Source of the DNA: Priapulus caudatus | Taxonomy: Eukaryota | NCBI RefSeq assembly: GCF_000485595.1 | Contig: NW_014577078.1 | Span: 501,524 to 535,806, forward strand | Length of the DNA stretch: 34,283 nucleotides | Direction: 5' to 3' | Part shown: piece by piece, positions 10,941-22,000 of the stretch | Numbering within the stretch: the first letter of the stretch is position 1 | Layout of the letters: every line of letters starts with the position of its first letter | Position numbers and translations under genes: made by a program | Notes under the pieces: model-generated | What the model saw: only the letters and a program-made list of their open reading frames with translations | Told to the model about the DNA's origin: nothing | Database searches by the model: none

Positions 10941-11160
10941 TTATCATGGTCCTAACTGTTGCCTTAATTACCTTTAGGATACAGTTCCGACAACTGCCCT
11001 GAAAGTAAATAATTCGACAGGCTATTGCATGCGGCAACCTCTCGCTACAGTAAGAAAACACACACGCGAGTAAATCGCAGTTAATCCAGCGCTACACGTA
11101 TTGCTCGGTGCGAATCATTTTGGTTTTGATAACATCGTATTTACTCTGCGGTTGTAGATG
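10941..11160 (+). repeat. Dispersed repeat fragment (also 19563-19782; inverted copy at 33413-33626)
   Basis: AAAACACACACGCGAGTAAATCGCAGTTAATCCAGCGCTACA and TTTTGGTTTTGATAACATCGTATTTACTCTGC are present as reverse complements near 33.4-33.5 kb. Confidence 0.9.
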
Positions 11161-11227
11161 TGCCGAGCTACATCTACCATGTCTACTACACGGGCATTAG
11201 CGTGCCGCCGTATCTAGGCTGCGTGCG

Positions 11228-11510
11228 TGCTCTCTCCTTTCCCTCCTTTCTCTCCTTCTCCCCCAATATATATATATATCACCCTCTTCTCCTTCCTCAA
11301 CCTCTTCTTCTCATTTTCCCCTTCCTCCCCTCCCCTCACTCCCCTTATTCCCATTCTTTCTCAACATCTCGCTTTTCCCTCTTACTTCGTCTTCCTCACT
11401 CCTCCACTTTCTAGATCTCTCCTTCCTTTTCTCTCACTCACTTTCTCGCACTTTCTCAACGCCCCTCCCACACTTCTCTCACCCCCCTCTCTCTCTCTCT
11501 ATCTCTCGTA
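11228..11510. repeat. Polypyrimidine low-complexity tract
   Basis: Almost exclusively C/T; repeated at about 19850-20132. Confidence 0.9.
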
Positions 11511-11649
11511 TAGCTGTGGATGTTGAATCCCACCCCCGTGTGACAGTAACGACACGACGCCTGTACAGACCAGTGACACCTGACCACTGACCGCATCTCC
11601 CAGTCCGACCCCATGCAGATCCGCCTAGAAGCGAGAGCAAAGCGACGGT

Positions 11650-11760
11650 GACACGACCCATAAAGGAGCCCCGGTAGTCGGCCGCCATTACGACCCAGCT
11701 AATGACAGCCCAGCAATAAATAAACATCGCCGACCACGCAGAGAGAGGGGAAGGTCATTC
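11650..11760. promoter_or_regulatory. Candidate enhancer with Hox/Cdx/TALE motifs
   Basis: CCATAAA 11658-11664, CATTACGAC 11686-11694, TAATGACAG 11700-11708, GCAATAAA 11713-11720 within 63 bp; identical in copy 2 (about 20275-20385). Confidence 0.4.
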
Positions 11761-11941
11761 ACGGGCGTTTGCCGAAAAGAGTCGGAAAGTTACATTTTTA
11801 ATACACTGCCGTAGAAAATGCGACATGGACAAACTGCATTCTCGGCGCGGCTTGCGTCACCCGGTTGCCGCTGCCGAGGGCACTGCAAGAGAAGAAGACA
11901 GACGAGCACTCTCATCGACAGCGAGGGAAAGCGAGACTGAT

Positions 11942-11944
<3 letters not shown>

Positions 11945-11989
<45 letters not shown>

Positions 11990-12125
11990 TGTGTGCGTGT
12001 GTGCGTGCGCGCGTGCGTGCGTGTGTGTGTGGAGGGGGAGAGAAAGAGAGCGTGTGACAACAAGCGAGAGAGGGAGACAGGAAAGAGAGTGAGAGCGATA
12101 GAGAGAGAGAAAGAACGAGCGAGAG
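11945..12125. repeat. (GA)n-(GT/GCGT)n-(GA)-rich compound microsatellite
   Basis: Read directly; its counterpart in copy 2 (about 20575) marks the switch from clean to noisy sequence. Confidence 0.92.
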
Positions 12126-13038
12126 CAAAACAGGCGTTTAAAAACGACGCTCTGTCACTATGTTTGCCGAACGCATTTTCCTAAAAATTCTCGCGATAAC
12201 TCGAGTGGTCTGACCCGCGTATATAGCAAGTAAGCATTCACTCCTCAGGTAGCTATATAGCACGCACTGGAGGCGCTAAGCTCCCGAACGCAAAAAAGCT
12301 CACACTTCCGAGGAATTTCGACATTTCGAAAAGATTTGCTCGCCATCTTGAACCACTAAGCTGAAGGCGACCCGACAATCGGAATATTCCCGTCGGATTT
12401 TCCCCTGCATGTTCTCGCGGCGAACTAACATTAGCATGATTTATTTAAAAATAATAGTCACCTTTATAAAATAATTATTTATATATTTATTTTTGCGACC
12501 ATGATTTGGAAGCCAGAGAGTTTAGATTGGTTAAATAAATTTAAGGGCTGCATTTATAATAATAATAACAAAAATTAATGATTATATTTATTATAATATT
12601 ATAACATTATTATAAACGTTTATTATAATAATATTATTAGAGTGCTACAGGTCTTCGCTAGGTATGTACGCGGGCTGTGCGTACGCTGTAGGCGGTACAG
12701 GTTGAGAGACTCCTCTATGGTTCACCTATCTCACCGGCAGTTTTCCCCACCTGCAGGCTCAATACTGCTGCTGCAATGCTGCTGCTCCAGATAGTACGAT
12801 CGCAATTATAACCACGTCAGACGCATGTCAGAGAGCTGGTCACGGCGCTCTATCCCGCTAGTCTCTCAAATACACCGCAGACAACTGTCGCCAAGAGACC
12901 CGGCTGACCCCCAGTGTAGGGTGACATTTTGTAGCGTTGTTGTTGATGACTACAGCGCATGTCGCCTGAACGAATAGTATAGATTTTACTTGCTTCTAGA
13001 ATGCGACATACGAATAGAATAAATAGTATACGCTGTGC

Positions 13039-13040
<2 letters not shown>

Positions 13041-13074
<34 letters not shown>

Positions 13075-13100
13075 CCTATATATATATATGTATATATATA
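13041..13100. repeat. (TA)n microsatellite with internal AGGCCT
   Basis: AGGCCT at 13072-13077 between TA runs. Confidence 0.93.
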
Positions 13101-13818
13101 CCCAAATGTTATCGTGATATTTCGTTGTTTTGAGCTAGGTGGATTACACGGCGTAAATTGCAATGTGAGAATATGACGAATTAGTATACATATGAAAAAG
13201 CGGCCTGGACTCATATTGCGTTGATTTTCACTCTACACCTACTATTCTGAAGAGCCCTGATTATACCTGCATGCACAGACGGGTGCATGACAATTGTGTT
13301 GTAGCAATTATGCAAAACTCACGCAGTGACGAGCGTTATACTAAATGATTCCAAGATACGATTTCCTACAGCTATATCATATTTATATAGATAACACTTT
13401 GCAGTCAGATGGAATCAACGAACGCAAAACTGTACGACAAACTCGCAATACTACGACGCAGGCTGCATTTCTACTTCAGGCCATGATATAAAAAAAATTA
13501 AGAAAATTAATAACAATAAGGAAACAACGAGCATGGGTTCAAATATAGACAAGCACGCACGCACGCACTCACGCACGCACTCACGCACACAATCATGCGC
13601 ACTCGTTCACGCGCCTCAGCACCAATTCACGCGTTGGTAAACTTTTGTACACACGAAAGAATATAGATTGTAGTTTGACACAACAACTATTCAGCGCCCA
13701 TGTACAACGCGAAAAACGATAAATATAAACATGCGCTGACCACAGCTGGCAGCCAACAACGCATCCGTGCATCAAACACAGCGTGCAGTCAATACAAAGA
13801 CGAACTGACGGCTGACCT

Positions 13819-14001
13819 CACACGCGCACACACACACACACATGCACGCACACACATGCACGCACACACATGCACGCACACACACATACACGCGTGCACG
13901 CACACACACGCGCACACGCACACACACTCACGCGCGCGCACACGCGTGCATGCACACACACTCACGCGCGCGCGCACGCACGCACGCACGCACATACACA
14001 C
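13819..14001. repeat. Degenerate (CA/CG)n microsatellite
   Basis: Read directly. Confidence 0.92.
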
Positions 14002-16157
14002 AAGCCAAACAACTGACCAGAAGACATCATCGCGGACAAACCTCCATCCCACTCATTACCCCCCAACCCACCCACCAACCTACCCCTGCTATCACTGTCA
14101 CCACTGACCCCTTTTGTTTGCGGAAACATTTGGCCGGCCGCTCTGTCGACGCGTGTGTCCGGGGGGATTGACAAACGACTTACCACGCACAACACGGCCC
14201 GTACCGCACCGTAATAACTCAATGATGACATTTTCATGTCGCGTCTCGGCGGGCGCAGATCAAAGTTTGAGCACTCCGGAAAAAAAATTATGCGATCGTA
14301 TCATTGCTAATGCCATCAGCATATCATCCCCTCGGCGCATAACCAGGAGACGGATATCCCCCGCTGGTAACGACACGTGTAAGGGGGTGAGTGGTGGGTG
14401 AGGGGGTGTGCGGACGGTGGCGGGTGACTGAGAGTGGGAAGTATGTAAGGAATAAGGAGGGGGTTATTATAGCAAAGATTTCAGATACCTAATATCTTAG
14501 GGATATGTTACGAGATGTGGTTAGAGGAAGGAGAGGCGGGATATCACTTGAAAACATAACATCTACTAATCTCTGGATCTTATGCAAAGAGCGATTACAA
14601 AAAATAAACAATTTTCTAATAAAGAATTACATTCATTTACTAGGTAACTGGTTTAGGTTACATTTTACAATACAAAGATTCCACAATTAATAACGCTGAT
14701 GTGACAATAAAGGCTCAATTGTTACGCAAGCAATGCTGTACACCACTATATATATATATAATGTGTTTGGTTTTACAGTATTTTTGACGTGAGCATTTTT
14801 TAGACATACGATTATTAAAGTCGTGATTTTCCTCAGGCCGTGATTTTCCTCAGCATGTAATAAACGAATTACGGTAATAAAGCCAAACTACTTCATAAAA
14901 AATCCACTCACAAAATATAAATTTTCTCTATATAACATTTAGCTAGGCGCGGGAAAGAAGACCTGACATGCGGCTAGATACTGTTGAAGATTATACTTGA
15001 GCGAAATAAATGCTTGGGATACATTTCAGTAAACCCGAATTCATTCCTCTAAATGTATGCTCCAGATGGCTTTATAAAAAAATGTTTTTTATATTATTAT
15101 ATAGGATCTATTATTTTATTAAATTATATATTATTATATGTATGTGTGCGTGCGTACCTTTCGTGTATGTACGCGTGTGTGTGTGCATGCATGTATGTAT
15201 GATGCGTAAACATATATCCACACAGTACACGCCACAAATGCTGTCTGATTAAGGGTGTTGGCTTTTCTGTCTGCTAGATTTCCATATGATAATTCCAAAC
15301 AAATAAAGCGATCGGCATCATCATCTGTCACTGTTATGCAAACATACGGGCACCTACACGCCTACACACGGGTACATGTTAGCTGTGTGTAGTCAGTGTA
15401 GTGTTACCGTATGTACGCACAGAGCAACAGGTGCCGATGTGTGTACGACAAGAACGTCATTTGTGTATGAAAACTATATTACGTCATCCTGTTATACCTT
15501 ACTCTACTTGAATTTTCAGAAGACCTAGGTATTGCACAACGAAGAGGTGCCTAATTATATTGGCTTCACTAACATTTAAAAAAAATCTTAATCATGCAAA
15601 TAACAGGTCGTTGTTTTTTTTCAATCTCAGCTCTTCGTTTCATTAAAGTTGAGATAGTAATAGAGAGAATTATACAGCGTCATAATAAAATAAATTATTA
15701 AAATAATTACACCGCAGTGTATAGCGCCATTCCTTGCAGCGTGGAGCATACAGCGCAGATCGGCAAGGTAAATATTAGGCATCAGTGTATTACTAGTTTG
15801 ATAGATCATCTACTCTCTCTCTCATCGCCTACTTTCATAATATATATACCTCTGAATTCCAGCGACGTCATTCTGAGCACGCACTGTTTAATACATTTCT
15901 TACCACATTACATTTAATTCTACTTATACTTTAATTTTTACTTTACAATTGATTCTAGGGGTTAGTGTTGGGGCAATGATCAGGTTACGGTGTGGTTATA
16001 GGCAGTAGCGTTTACCTTATAGACATAGGTCACGCAATGGTACGGTTATAGATCTAGGAAACGCAGAACGATAACGCTAACTCGACTCTACGGGTTAATA
16101 TTATACCTCCTTCTGGGCTCTCTCACCTGCCGACCATAATGGCTACCAACAGGAGGG

Positions 16158-16344
16158 CCTACTCCCTCCCCCGCACACACGGAGAGAGAGAGAGAGAGAG
16201 AGAGAAGCTTTCACCAGAGCACGCATGTGAGGCAACAATTCCCTTTACCGTATCCCTTTACCGTTAGTCTCACGGGTAACCCCCTCCCCCTTACACAGTC
16301 AGCCTCCCACCAGAGCGCGCATGTGCATCAACTACTCCCTCCCC

Positions 16345-16382
<38 letters not shown>

Positions 16383-16640
16383 GAACCTCTCACCAGAGCA
16401 CGCATGTGTAGCATCAATTCCCTTTACCGTGAGTCTCACGGGTAACCCCCTCCCCCTTACACAGTCAGCCTCCCACCAGAGCGCGCATGTGCATCAACTA
16501 CTCCCTCCCCCGCACACACAGTGAAGCTTCCACCAATGCACGCACATTTAGTAGCAATTCCCTTTCCCAGGAGCCTCACGGGTAACCTCCTCCCCTCACG
16601 CAGTCAGCCTCCCATCAGAGCGCGCGCGTGTAGCAAACAA
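16158..16640. repeat. About 140-175-bp tandem repeat (3 units) with an embedded variable (CA)n/(GA)n tract
   Basis: Unit CTACTCCCTCCCCCGCACAC...CACCAGAGCACGCATGTG...CAATTCCCTTTACCGT...CTCACGGGTAACCCCCTCCCCCTTACACAGTCAGCCTCCCACCAGAGCGCGC starts at 16158, 16332 and 16498. Confidence 0.95.
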
Positions 16641-17585
16641 CCCCACTGCCCCCGCGAGCCCTGACACGAGTAGCCACTCATCAGAATCTCCTAATTAGAA
16701 CACGAATGCAAGACAATGGAGCCACGTAGCCGCGCGCGTGAATAACTACGTTTCTGCGGGCGGCACGGGGCAAAGACGAACGACTGGGTCTTGTATCAAC
16801 AGCGGCAGATGGCGCGATGGCGGCCGGCGTGCTAGCGTGCGAGAGTTTTATGCCTGGCAACGGCTTACTAGGCATGCGTAAATGCGTTTTTGATTGTGTT
16901 GTCCATTTGGCTTTATCGCCGCGTTACCATCTGTGTTGTGTGTCGGACCAGCGCCAACCGACACGCACCTACTCCAGGAGGGACAGGCAATATACCTCGA
17001 CGCCCCGCGCGAGTTGTTTTTTTTGTCACGAGGAAAAAAATTACCATCCTTGTTAAAGAACGAACTGGTCGTTTTTGTGAGACAAGAATCTGAAGATGGT
17101 TAAATTGACTACGTCATGAACTTTCTGGTGAATATTTTCTAAATTTTGTTGCCATTTTTTTACATTAAAAGTAAGTACTAACGGTACTAAATGTATCGTC
17201 AAATTCTTACCTGATAAGATTGTTTCTCAACTAGTTAAAAATCCAAAAAACCTGGACGATTTGATATTATGATCCTGACATTAATTGCTTGCAATGGGCT
17301 ATGTATGAGTCACGAGTGTATGTTTACATCGAACAATAGTAAAATAGGAAGTATAATGCAGCAATTTAACCATAACAAGTGAACAGAATTACTTACATTT
17401 GGTCAAAAAGTGGGATTTTTTTTTTACTTTTACTATTTACGGTGACGTAATCACTTTAATGGCGGCGGTAGACTTCATTCCCGTACAACTCCAGATGATA
17501 CATAAGTGGAAAATACTCTTTTCGGATGTTCAGTTGTTGTTGTGGGTAGCAGAGATTGAGGGTACAGGCAGCGGACGCTTGTCTC

Positions 17586-17664
17586 ATTGTGGATGCCGGA
17601 GATTGTAAGAACAGCCGTCGGGCGCTAGCCTTATTGTGGGTGCCGGAGATTGCGGGAACAGCCG
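17586..17664. repeat. 32-bp imperfect direct repeat (period 47)
   Basis: ATTGTGGATGCCGGAGATTGTAAGAACAGCCG and ATTGTGGGTGCCGGAGATTGCGGGAACAGCCG. Confidence 0.85.
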
Positions 17665-18555
17665 CTGCCCTCCCTGCTAGTGCCCTCTCTCGCAAATTAA
17701 CCCGCCGCTAGACTAGCAAGAGCATATAACGCGTACACCCACGAGTGGGCGCCACCGTCGCGTAGCATCGCAAACGCGTAACCTAGCGTGACTGTGACGA
17801 AGCACCGCCCCGATTCCCACCGCCCCCGCCCGCGTCCATCGCGCGAATTTGAACTGGAGAAAAAATAAAAAAAATGAAATCGGCAAATTGAATCCAGACT
17901 CGGACCCCGCACGTCGGGCGCGCCCGTGTCTGTGTGGCCCATTGTGTGCGCACCGGGCGCCCGCACCGACTACAACCATTAATGGCCCATACCACCGCCG
18001 CCACCGCCGCCACTCTGCCTTATACTACCTTACTTTATAGGCCGTCTGACAACACAGACGGCGCAGTGAGCGCAACACCGCTTCGTACCTGTTAACGAGA
18101 TAGCCTACCTGCGCAGATAGATTCAGGAGGCGCTCACCTGCGCTGGAGCGACAATAGCGGCAGCAATTTGTAGCGCGCGGGATATTAAGCCGTTTAATAG
18201 TTATATTACGTCGAAGGAAACGACGTTTCGAGGTTCGTTCGATCGAGAAGGAAAAAAGCAAGGCAAGTTGATGACAGGCGAGAGAGAGCAGGGGGCATTG
18301 TTCGTGACGGGGGAGCCACGGCGCGAACAGTTTTATGTGCGTCACATGAAAGCGCGTTACAACAAATCACATCCTGTGCAAAGAAGGCGCACGTACCGCG
18401 TGCACGACGACACATACAGAAATAATGTAGGAGCATGTATTATGTATATACCATTATAATAGAAAGCGACACATCTGTAGCCATACCCCGATATACAGAC
18501 ACAAGCGTGCACAATACACTGCCGTAACAAACAGGCATATCTGTATAGCGTGTCA

Positions 18556-18647
<92 letters not shown>
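18556..18647. repeat. (TA)n-(GA)n microsatellite
   Basis: Read directly. Confidence 0.97.
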
Positions 18648-18648
<1 letters not shown>

Positions 18649-18990
18649 GTGTTGGCTCACACACATCTATCTCACATACAAATGCCGCATATATTTTATA
18701 GGCGGCCAAGTGACACACTGAGTGCATGGCACACTTGCGATGTAATCAGTGATCGCAACGTGCTGGACGTTAAATCACATAAGACGATTCGAGGACGCGC
18801 GAAGACATCTCGACGAAGCATTTAGAATCAGTTTACGAGACACTTCAGTTTCACTCGCGTCGTTTTGTAAATACGTTAAAAGATTTTATTAATGTAATGC
18901 CGACGCTTATGTATTTCGAGGATTGCGCTTAGAAAATTTCGACAAAAAAATTTATCGAGTACATAATCACCCTCTCACTGATTCGGAAAT

Positions 18991-19075
18991 CACACTCACG
19001 ATTGTGCAGTCACACTCACGATTGTGCAGTCAAATTCACGATTGTGCAGTCAAATTAACGACTGTGAGATCACAC
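18991..19075. repeat. 20-bp tandem repeat (about 4 copies)
   Basis: CACACTCACGATTGTGCAGT x2, CAAATTCACGATTGTGCAGT, CAAATTAACGACTGTGAGAT. Confidence 0.92.
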
Positions 19076-22000
19076 GAACAGGCGCTCACTCATTATCGTG
19101 AAACCACAGCCACGTTCATGCATGCAGTTAGACACACGCTCACGCTCACGCTCACGCTCACGCTCACGCCCACGCACACTTTCACACACACTCTCTCTTT
19201 CTCACAGAAACGCACGCACGCACGCGCGCACACACACAATCACGCAGTCGCGCTTGTGATCACGCACACGCACTCGTGATCGTGAAGCCACAGCAACGAC
19301 CATGCAGTCGCACCCCCCCAAAGAATGGAGACAGTAGTAGCGGTAGCATTTACTCTGTCTGGTCTGGTGCCACAGCATGCGAGCGAGCAACAGCGGGGCG
19401 CCGGTTGAAGTGCACGTCAAATTCAAATTTTAGGGCAAACTGGTTAGCACACAGATCAGCAATCGTGTGATACAATTATCGTCTTCCGGCTACACCAAGT
19501 TCCCTGCAATGCCAAGAAATGTTTCCGAGAGCGCCATTCTCGTACCCCTTTGCTTACTGCCTTTATCATGGTCCTAACTGTTGCCTTAATTACCTTTAGG
19601 ATACAGTTCCGACAACTGCCCTGAAAGTAAATAATTCGACAGGCTATACCACGCAGCAACCTCTCGCTACAGTAAGAAAACACACACGCGAGTAAATCGC
19701 AGTTAATCCAGCGCTACACGTATTGCTCGGTGCGAATCATTTTGGTTTTGATAACATCGTATTTACTCTGCGGTTGTAGATGTGCCGAGCTACATCTACC
19801 ATGTCTACTACACGGTCATTAGCGTGCCGCCGTATCTAGGCTGCGTGCGTGCTCTCTCCCTTCCCTCCTTTCTCTCCTTCTCCCCCAATATATATATATA
19901 TATCACCCTCTTCTCCTTCCTCAACCTCTTCTTCTCATTTTCCCCTTCCTCCCCTCCCCTCACTCCCCTTATTCCCATTCTTTCTCAACATCTCGCTTTT
20001 CCCTCTTACTTCGTCTTCCTCACTCCTCCACTTTCTAGATCTCTCCTTCCTTTTCTCTCACTCACTTTCTCGCACTTTCTCAACGCCCCTCCCACACTTC
20101 TCTCACCCCCCCTCTCTCTCTCTCTATCTCTCGTATAGCTGTGGATGTTGAATCCCACCCCCGTGTGACAGTAACGACACGACGCCTGTACAGACCAGTG
20201 ACACCTGACCACTGACCGCATCTCCCAGTCCGACCCCATGCAGATCCGCCTAGAAGCGAGAGCAAAGCGACGGTGACACGACCCATAAAGGAGCCCCGGT
20301 AGTCGGCCGCCATTACGACCCAGCTAATGACAGCCCAGCAATAAATAAACATCGCCGACCACGCAGAGAGAGGGGAAGGTCATTCACGGGCGTTTGCCGA
20401 AAAGAGTCGGAAAGTTACACTTTTAATACACTGCCGTAGAAAATGCGACATGGACAAACTGCATTCTCGGCGCGGCTTGCGTCACCCGGTTGCCGCTGCC
20501 GAGGGCACTGCAAGAGAAGAAGACAGACGAGCACTCTCATCGACAGCGAGGGAAAGCGAGACTGATAGCGAGAAAGAGAGAGAGAGAGCGGAAGATGAGA
20601 GAGGAGACCGAGAGAGAGAGAGAGACTCGATAGCTGAGAAAGAGAGAGAGAGAGAAGAGAGCGAGAGATGCGGCAAGCGCGGCAGCGGAGTTCGTGTGCG
20701 TACGTGCGCGTTGCGTGCGTGCGTGTGTGTGTGGAGGACGTGAGAGAAAGCAGCATCGCGCGTGCAACAAGCGCAGCAGAGGGAGACAGGAAAGAGAGTG
20801 AGAGCCGATAGAGAGAGAGAATTAAGAAACAGAGCGAGAGCAAAAACAGTGCGTTAAAAACGACGCTCATGTCACTTATGCTTTGCCGAACGCATTTCAT
20901 AAAAAATTCTCGCATAAGACTCGCAGTGGTCTGACCCGCGATATATAGCCAAGTAAGCATTCACTCCTCAGGTAGCCCTATATAGCACGCACTAGAGGCC
21001 GCTAAGCCTCCCGAACGCAAAAAAGCTCACACTTCGAGGAATTTCGACATTTCGAAAAGATTTGCTCGCCATCTTGAACACTAGGCGAACCGGACATCGG
21101 AATATATACCCGTCGGATTTTCCCCTGCATTGCTCCTCGCGCGCGAACTAACATTAGCATGATTTATAAAAATTAATTAGTCCCCTTTATAAAATAATTT
21201 ATTCTTATATATTTATTTTTGCGACCGATGATTGGAAAGCCAGAGAGTTTTAGCCATTGTGTTAAATAAATTTAAGGGCTGCAGTTATAATAAAATTAAC
21301 ACAAATTTAATTATTATATTTATTATAATATGTATAACATTATTATAAACGTTATTATAATAATATTATTAGAGTGCCCTACAGGTCTTCGCTAGGTATG
21401 CCTACGCGGGCTGTGCGTACGCTGTAGGCGGTACAGGTTGAGAGACTCCTCTTATGCGTTCACCTAATCTCACGCGGCAGTTTCCCGCACCTGCAGGCTC
21501 AATTACCGCTGCTGCAATGCTCGCCTGCTCCAGATAGTACGATCCAATTATAACCACGTCAGACGATGTCAGAGAAGCTAGGTCACGGCCGCTTCTATTC
21601 CGCTAGTCTCTCAAATACACGCAGACAACTGTACGCAATGAGACCGGCTGACCCCCAGTGTAGCGGTGACATTTTGTAGCCGTTGTTGTGATGGACTACA
21701 GCGCATGTCGCCTGAACGAATAGTATTAGATTATTACTTGCTTCTAGAATGCATATACGATAGAATAAAATCAGTATACGCTGTGCCGGTATAGATATAT
21801 ATATAATATATTATATAAATATATATTATATATTAGGCCTATAATATATATGTAATATATATATACCAAATTGTTTATCGTGATATTTCGTTGTTTTGCA
21901 AGCTAAGGTGGAATTACACGGCGTAAATGCAATGTGAGAATATGACCAAATTACATATACATATGAAAAAGCGGCCTGGACTCATATTGCTTGATTTTCA

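Larger units (their letters stand above)
10698..19319. repeat. 8622-bp tandem duplication, copy 1 (clean sequence)
   Basis: Starts AAAGAATGGAGACAGTAGTAGCGG at 10698, which recurs at 19320; ends ...CAGTCGCACCCCCCC, which recurs at about 28896-28910; collinear throughout. Confidence 0.98.

Noticed and set aside
15955..16060. Telomere-like GGTTA motifs
   Set aside because: Too degenerate; no tandem TTAGGG or TTAGG array.
16158..16640. Repeat-spacer-like array (CRISPR-like)
   Set aside because: The variable parts are microsatellites, not unique spacers; eukaryotic context with no cas genes.
17975..17997. GGCCCATACCACC resembles the 5' end of 5S rRNA
   Set aside because: Similarity stops after about 12 nt; no internal control region.
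18018..18040. Minus-strand TAAGGTAGTA resembling let-7/miR-196
   Set aside because: Seed and 3' part do not match and there is no precursor hairpin. I also saw no miR-10 or miR-196 mature sequence elsewhere by eye.
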